DNA of 64,000 nucleotides from Amphiscolops sp. MND2022 (lineage: Eukaryota). The translations under genes were made by a program, and so were the position numbers. Below the pieces are notes generated by a model that was given only the letters and a program-made list of their open reading frames with translations, did not search any database and was not told the DNA's origin. Positions 57,261-64,000 of this stretch are shown here, piece by piece; position 1 is the stretch's first letter, and every line of letters starts with the position of its first letter. Location of the stretch: assembly GCA_964187785.1 (NCBI GenBank), contig OZ076409.1:62188001-62252000 (forward strand), written 5' to 3'.

Positions 57261-58899
57261 ATAGAAGAAACTATATCTTTTTTTCTAAGCTTCGCATTAG
57301 AGTAAATTCTAAGCTTTCCATTAGAATAAATTCTCAGATGATTTAAAATTTAGGCTGATTTTGTTTTTTACTAAATAAGGTTAACCTAAATAGTAAACTC
57401 AGAAATTAACTTAAGTTTCATGGTTTTTTTACACATCGTATGTTTGTTTTAGATTGTTGTATTCATTCAGGTGGTCTATCCTATTGACTTCCAAACATTC
57501 TGTGTGTAGCTTGTGGAAGTTATTCAAAGTTCCACCAGCAAGTGTATTTTTTTAGTATTGTGTTGTTCTTTTCGTTTTAGATACTCATCAAAAAACTTAC
57601 TGAATAATCATACTACTGCACCTATCCCACTCGCGATGGGTACATTAACGTGCCCAACTCCGGGAAAACTTAAAGCGATACATGTTGAAGAAACACCCAA
57701 AATAAAACTCCATCAAAAGATTGAATTAAACCTTTTTAAATTTTATGTGTTTTAGATTTCTTTTTATATATTTTTTAGCTTCATGATTATTAAAATTGTT
57801 AATGTTTTTTAAATTTTGAATTGAAGTATTAAAACGATTTATATCTTTCAATGGCATATCTGAACTGTCTGCCTGTAAAGTAGGATATAATTTTTCACCC
57901 ATTTAATTTTGAACAAAAAATTGGTTTTGAAAAAAACTTGGTTTTAAAAAGTAAAAACATAGTTTTGAAATATTTCAAATAAAAACTTGGTTTAAAAACT
58001 TTTATAAAGTATGAAATTGAGCTCAGTATCGGTTAGTTTCTTTCCATGTTTAAGGTCAACAATTTCTTTGTACTGGTCTTTCTTCTAACTATTCAACACC
58101 TTTGTCTTGTTGAATAGTCTAATTCCGATAAATATTACACACCATCTGATGTTTGTCTTTCCGTTCCGTCTTTTTCCGACAAGTATTGGTTTGTAAAGGT
58201 TAGAAACTCATTGAAAATTTGGTCTTTGTTTTCAAATAAATGAAGCAATCCTTTATTATATAGTAATTGAATAGTATCATTGACTGCTTCACTTTAGCAG
58301 TTTTCCAGTTTCGAAAGTAGGTTTCTCTCGAAGTAATTACCTAGAATGGTTTGTTGTTCTTCTACTCACTTGGCAGCATCCAAAATAAATTCTTTCTTTT
58401 TTTCTAATAATTTATCTTTGAGATCTTGTTCTAAACATTTCAAATTTATTTTTTTGTCTTCTACTTGCGAAGCCAGCGTTGCTGTACTTTTATTAATATC
58501 TAAGAATAACTTTGCATTGACTACTACCTTGGTTTCACTGTCGTCAAAATCAATTTTTTGTATATTTTTAATTTATCAGATCGCATTTCAATAACTTTCA
58601 TGTTAGGAAAATTGATTTGTGATTACATTTTTTCTTCCAAATTCTCAATTTTATCTTTTTGCAAGCTCTCAACACTATAACCAAACGTATGAATTGACAT
58701 TATTTATTAATATATAATCACTGGAATTTTTGGAAAATTTTCAAACTTTGTAATGTTCTGTTGTTGGATTCAAAGTTGAATACACTTCTGAGAAGTTCTT
58801 GTTCATAATACTTTACTTCTATTAGTTCGTTGTTTTCATCTATCAAACCATATGTAACATAGTTAGTTGGGTTATTTTTCTATTTTAAAAAGTTCTCTA

Positions 58900-59500
58900 T
58901 TCCAAATTGTTGTATAACGTTTACTATAGAAATTGCGCTCATCAGGAACTCTTACAGAATCTCCCACTTGGCATTTAGGAAAATTATTTGTTATTAGGTA
59001 TCAGGTAGGGTATTGGTTTAATATTATTAGTTGACATTTCAAAAAGTGTCATACGTATAGCATAATGCACAAGATCATTATACTTTTCTAGGGCAGCATC
59101 AAGATACATTGGTTCTTTTATTAGATCTAAAAATGATCTGTTGAAGCGTTCAACAAGAAACAGCTTTTAAATCTGATTTATTTGAATAAATTTGAATGTT
59201 TTGTTCTTTTGGAAAATTACAAAAAAGTTTTTAAGTAAAACTCTTTACAACTATCTGACCAAAATCAGGTTTTCTTTATGCTTTCTCAATAGGATTTTTT
59301 GATGCATTTGTTCTACTTTTTCCGGACTTATCAATGAGAGGAACCGCCCATGCATTTTCGATATGACTTTCAATTTTTATTAAAATAAAATTAAAGTGTT
59401 TATTGCATTTTGATTAGCTAGACCGGTCTATCAGATCAATTCTCCAACACTCATTTTTATAGTGAGTTTGTATTTGGATTCGTCGAAAGTTCTTAATTAC
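58900..59500 (-). pseudogene. Retroviral-type (rve) integrase remnant of the Polinton
   Basis: Minus-strand translations NECWRIDLIDRS, AWAVPL, VERFNRSFLDLIKEP and QVGDSVRVPD. Confidence 0.75.
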
Positions 59501-59899
59501 AGGAGAGAACATTTTTATCGCATTTTTTTCGTATTCATTTATTAATTTGGAATTTTTCAACTAATCGGAGATACAGCTTCGCTGGCTTTGCATACAGAAA
59601 AGCTGGCTCCGCATCAAGTTGTTGTTATACTGCTTACCGAAGGCGCTTCGCACACTGAAGGCACCGGAGGCAATTTGCGTGCTTCGAACAAACCTTTGGT
59701 TTGCAAATCTTTGGTTTGTATATATTTTTTTAGTAAATGAATAAAAAAAAGTATATAGCTTTATTGCGTGCATTTTTTATTATACTTTTATGTTTTATTG
59801 GTATTATTTTAGGCCTGAATGATAAATAAAAAATACCAAAAACTAAAACAATTCAAGGGATTCAAACATTCTCATGTCACTAATCAACCAGATAAAGAA

Positions 59900-60743
59900 C
59901 ATCAACTCACACCAACCAGTAATACAAATTACCATTTATTACTTTATGGTACTAGTGGGTCAGGTAAAACATCTTTCCTTAAGTAATTTTCAAATCAAAC
60001 TAAATCTTGTTTTATAGTATACGGTAGTGACGAAAACGAAGTCCCTGAGAAGTATGTACCTTTGTTGCAGTTAGAAAACGTTAACATTGAATCACTTGCT
60101 AAAGAAACGACAATTCTAGACGCATATATGAACCTTGAAACAGAGTAGAAGACTTATTCCGGTTTTTTGGTAGACATCGTAATATACAAGGTATTTATCT
60201 TGCACACTATGCATAGGATGTTGTCCCAATAGTGATAGAGGAATTCTTAAGTTATATATAACAAATGGCAACCCAGATAGTTTTAACGAAGCAATTACAG
60301 ACACATATTCAATCAAAGATCTCAAGTTGGAACAAGTGGATCTCAACCGTGATCAGTTAGATTTTGGTATAATTGAACATGATACTAGATCACAAAAGTA
60401 AAAAATACGCAACCAGAAGTGTCAGGTAGTATATGAAACAACTAAACATAAATGGAGTCCCGAAGATTATGTGTGTTATGAATCAGATCTCTTTACTGTT
60501 GATGATTATAATAGACTTAAAATCTTTTTGAAGGAAAAGTCGGACCAGACAATAGTGAAAACCCATGAAAAATTTGCTTATCTTTTTGTGGAGTGTTGTA
60601 AACAAAATGAAATAAAAATGAATGAATCCAAAATAGACAACTATATAGAGCGTATGCAACAACCACTAATTTTAGACAAACTTAAAGAGGAATTTAAGAA
60701 TACAATATTAGCTCAAGTGATCAGGTTTAGTAAGAGTGATTAA
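59900..60743 (+). pseudogene. Packaging ATPase-like remnant 1
   Basis: Walker A GTSGSGKT at 59948-59971; downstream frames broken. Confidence 0.55.
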
Positions 60744-61339
60744 ATAAAACAACAAAGCTGGCTTCGCAAATATATATTATTATATAATACAGCAAAGCTG
60801 GCTTCGCGTACCGAAGGTGCTTCGCGTATATAAAAATTATTAAACATTATGGATCTGATTTCTCAGTGATTTTTTTCAGTAAATTCTTTAGGCAAACTCA
60901 CTAAGAGCATATATTTTCACTAAGCTTTATTTTCTACACATAAGACGAAATGCTCTTAAAGATTAATGACTTAGTGAGTCAGTGACTTTTTACTAAATAA
61001 TTGACGTGTTTAATTAGTGGTAAAAGTAGTGACAAATCACTGTACGCTGATTGTAGTATTATAAAAAGATATAAGGACTGTAATATTTTGAAAACAGGCT
61101 TTTATAAGTATAGAAACACTAAAATATATAGTACATGCAAAGAATGTTTCAATAGAGAAGTAAAAAGCTGATTACTGTAATCGTGAATTCAATAAAAAGT
61201 GTTTATGAAAACAAATCAAGAGATGCCTCATAAAAAATATTCATTCAAATATTAATATTCATTTGAATATTTTTATGAAAGTTATAATAATTAAAATGAT
61301 GATGAAGATAATATTACCGAGGGCGCTTCGCGTATTATA

Positions 61340-61860
61340 AATAAAAGAACATTATTAGTCGGTACTTCATTTTGTGGAAAGGCCCATTTGTTTTTGTATA
61401 AATTACAAATAATTCCCTTGGATAACCCTGAACAAACAAAAATAACTAGATCTCCGGAACAAAACGAGAACATACAACTAGAAGACATTTCAGTGGAGGA
61501 AAATCTAGAAGATAGAACAATACAAGATTTTCCAAATTTTTGTGTTGTGTTTGATGATATGTTGGATAGTAATCAAAAACTAAAATTCTTTATTTTATAA
61601 GAGAAAGACATAAAAATTTGGATGTTTATTATTTATCACAGTCATACTTTGATTTACCTAAACGCACCATACCCAATAATACCTGGGTTTGATATGTTTT
61701 ATGGTGAAATCAAAGAATTATGCAGAGAGGCATGGCAAGAAAAACATAATTATTTATTATTAATAGGTTAGAAGATAAAAATGGTGAGAAATATAGGATT
61801 TGCAATGAATCTAATTCGGAGTATAAAATCATTATTCCACAAACGGATCCTTTCTAACCA
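61340..61860 (+). pseudogene. Packaging ATPase (A32/FtsK-like) remnant 2
   Basis: Walker A-like GTSFCGKA, Walker B CVVFDDML, and RHKNLDVYYLSQSYFDLPKRTI. Confidence 0.75.
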
Positions 61861-63289
61861 AATGCTGAAACACAAACCATAAATTTACAAGCTAACTGAA
61901 GGAGCTTGTGATTTTTTGGTGTTGATTTGTTGTGATGCATCCATATTCCAGGAGTTTATCAACAATTGCTATCATTTGCTCACCAAGCATAGGATTATCA
62001 TTACCTCCCTACTTTTTCTAACACGATTAGCTTGAGTTGATCTACAAGCTCATCTGCACCAGATGGGAGGAAGACATACTGTTTTAATCCACTTCCTAAT
62101 TGGAGCTGAAAAAAATTTTTACTTATCTCATATCTACTTGATTTTTTTGGTCCTTAATATAGATTATGTTTCATATCATTAAAAAAATAATTAGGTTCAA
62201 GTTTTGTATTTCTTTATCTATTTGTGTACTATTTATAAAGTATGAAAGATCTTGATTATTTACACTATGTGTTACCATTCTGGGAGTTATCGTTGAACCT
62301 TTGATTTGTACTAGTTGAGGATTTGTAGTAGAATTAACTATGAATAAGTTTGGATTAATTTCCGCAGGTTCTAATCTGAATTGACTGCGGGTGTTGAGGA
62401 GGTTGGAAACTATTTTAACGAAACTAGAATCAACTTGGTTTGAATCAACAAAATCTTTAATTAGTTGATTGTTACGGTTAGTAATTTCATCATATTCTTG
62501 TATTCCTTCTTTAATAGATTTTTGTGAATTTTTAATCAAAGCGTTATTGATTCTCTTATTGTGTTGTAGTTTGGGTAGAATCACGAAGTGCCTGTATTTG
62601 CTTTTCAGAATCTAGCTTTCGTTGGTTTTAGCTTTAACTCTGGTTTTCAAAAGATTCAGCCTGCTTCGCAGTAACGGGTTCAAAATCTTCTTCCATGTCA
62701 TAATAGAAGTATTGCTTCCCATGTTTCTCTTTCAATACTTCTTGGCGGAGTAGAGATTTTGTTTCTTTCAGTTTTTTTTAACTTTTCCAAATCATCTTGA
62801 TTATGATTTGAATACACTTATTAATCCTAATAATTTGACTTTAATTTTAAATATTGAATTTTACCCAAACACAAGCCTTTAGCCAGCAAATCTTCAGGTT
62901 TGTATAAACCCGTCCCTTGATGAACAAATTTTGTAAAATCAGGAGCAGTTGCAGCTATCATTCGAGGATTTTTACTTGCTGCTGCAGTTCCAGTATTTGC
63001 AGAAGTCACACGATCCTTCTACTGTATAGTTTGATCTGATACTATAAGTGACTTATTTCTTTTACAAGTTGAACAAGTACCTCTCAATAGTTTAACTCAC
63101 ATGCCAGTTTTTTATTTTGAGTGATATCCCCACGAACATTTGTGGTAGCGGAATAATGTTTTCCACCAACACAATATGAAATAGATTTAAATTTATTGAA
63201 GCTCATATAAATGAAAAAATTGTTCATTTTTTCTTCGCTCCGCACAAACTTTTGGTTTGTATTTTTAAAAAAATAACAAATTAATATAA

Positions 63290-63950
63290 ATCATAATAAT
63301 TTGAATTGTAAAGAATAATAATTCGCAGTTGAAACCAACTGAGTTATGATTGCTATCCTCAAGGAAAAACTGGATTTTGTTTAACCTTGTTTTGTTTTGT
63401 TTATTTTTTACACAAAATAATATTGGGTTCTTTTATAATTTTATAACCTGGAGGTGCGCTTAAATTAAAAGAAACTAAAACTTGTTCTCGTATACCATTA
63501 ACATGTGAACCATCTACACTATCACACTTTGTCTGTGGTTGTTATCATAAATGGTTTTTCTGATTTATGAGTTCCTGCTGGGTAGTCGATTTTTGTATGT
63601 CCTTAAGGGGTGTTAATTTCTGAACAAAAATGTATGTTATTAGAAGTTGTTAAAAATGATATCATTGATATTGTATCTGATTCAATGTTAACATTTAAAC
63701 CGTTTTTTTGTATTTTTGATATGCTTGATAAAAGTGTAATTTTTGTTGTATTGCTGTATTCAGATCACTTAGTTCATTTATTCCAGGTCGAAGTATAATT
63801 TCTAGTTTATCATTCGTGATGGGGAGATCAATAGTTTCGAAAATTTGAATTTTTTAAAGAAAGTCTTCACTTTCATAGTGGCTTATTATTTCCTTGATTT
63901 TTTTAAGATCCCTTTTAGAAGCTTTTTTTTCAGTTTAAATGGGGTCTTTA
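63290..63950 (-). pseudogene. Polinton minor capsid (penton)-like remnant
   Basis: Minus strand reads KCDSVDGSHVNGIREQVLVSFNLSAPPGYKIIKEPN...IQFFLED. Confidence 0.65.
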
Positions 63951-64000
63951 TGAAACTATAAACTGTTTTAATGAAATTTGTTTGGTTGGTTTTATGAAAG

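Larger units (their letters stand above)
52420..58140. repeat. Diverged ~2.3-kb direct duplication (52420-54700 vs 55760-58140) flanking an assembly gap
   Basis: Paired ORF fragments (53434/56878, 54070/57513, 52840/56332) with many substitutions between copies. Confidence 0.88.
51500..64000. mobile_element. Decayed Polinton/Maverick (adintovirus-like) endogenous element, running off the window end
   Basis: Remnants of protein-primed PolB, major and minor capsid proteins, retroviral-type integrase and two packaging-ATPase-like ORFs cluster here. No terminal inverted repeats identified. Confidence 0.82.

Overview
AT-rich eukaryotic (probably invertebrate animal) DNA made up almost entirely of mobile elements. 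No host gene, rRNA, tRNA gene or CRISPR array was recognisable. Two young, near-intact and unusually complex Ty3/Gypsy LTR retroelements dominate the window. Element A (13586-30213; GTAGA target-site duplication; ~3.1-kb LTRs; tRNA-Asn-type PBS) is retrovirus-like. It encodes gag, a -1 frameshift into pol with a TARG1/OARD1-like ADP-ribose macrodomain between RNase H and integrase, an env whose transmembrane anchor lies in the -1 frame, and a fourth ORF with its own TATA/Inr. Element B (32568-48596; ATAAT TSD; near-identical 1736-bp LTRs) has gag starting inside the LTR, a PBS inside the reading frame and no polypurine tract. It also carries a SIM-containing accessory ORF running into the 3' LTR and a five-exon antisense gene of ~1300 codons that resembles a zinc finger plus a degenerate hAT transposase. 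The rest of the window holds an old decayed Gypsy element (8112-~13460), two LINE remnants, satellite-like repeats, and a decayed Polinton/Maverick (adintovirus-like) element from ~51.5 kb to the end, with a duplication around a 200-N gap. All homology calls come from recognising motifs by eye; no searches were run.
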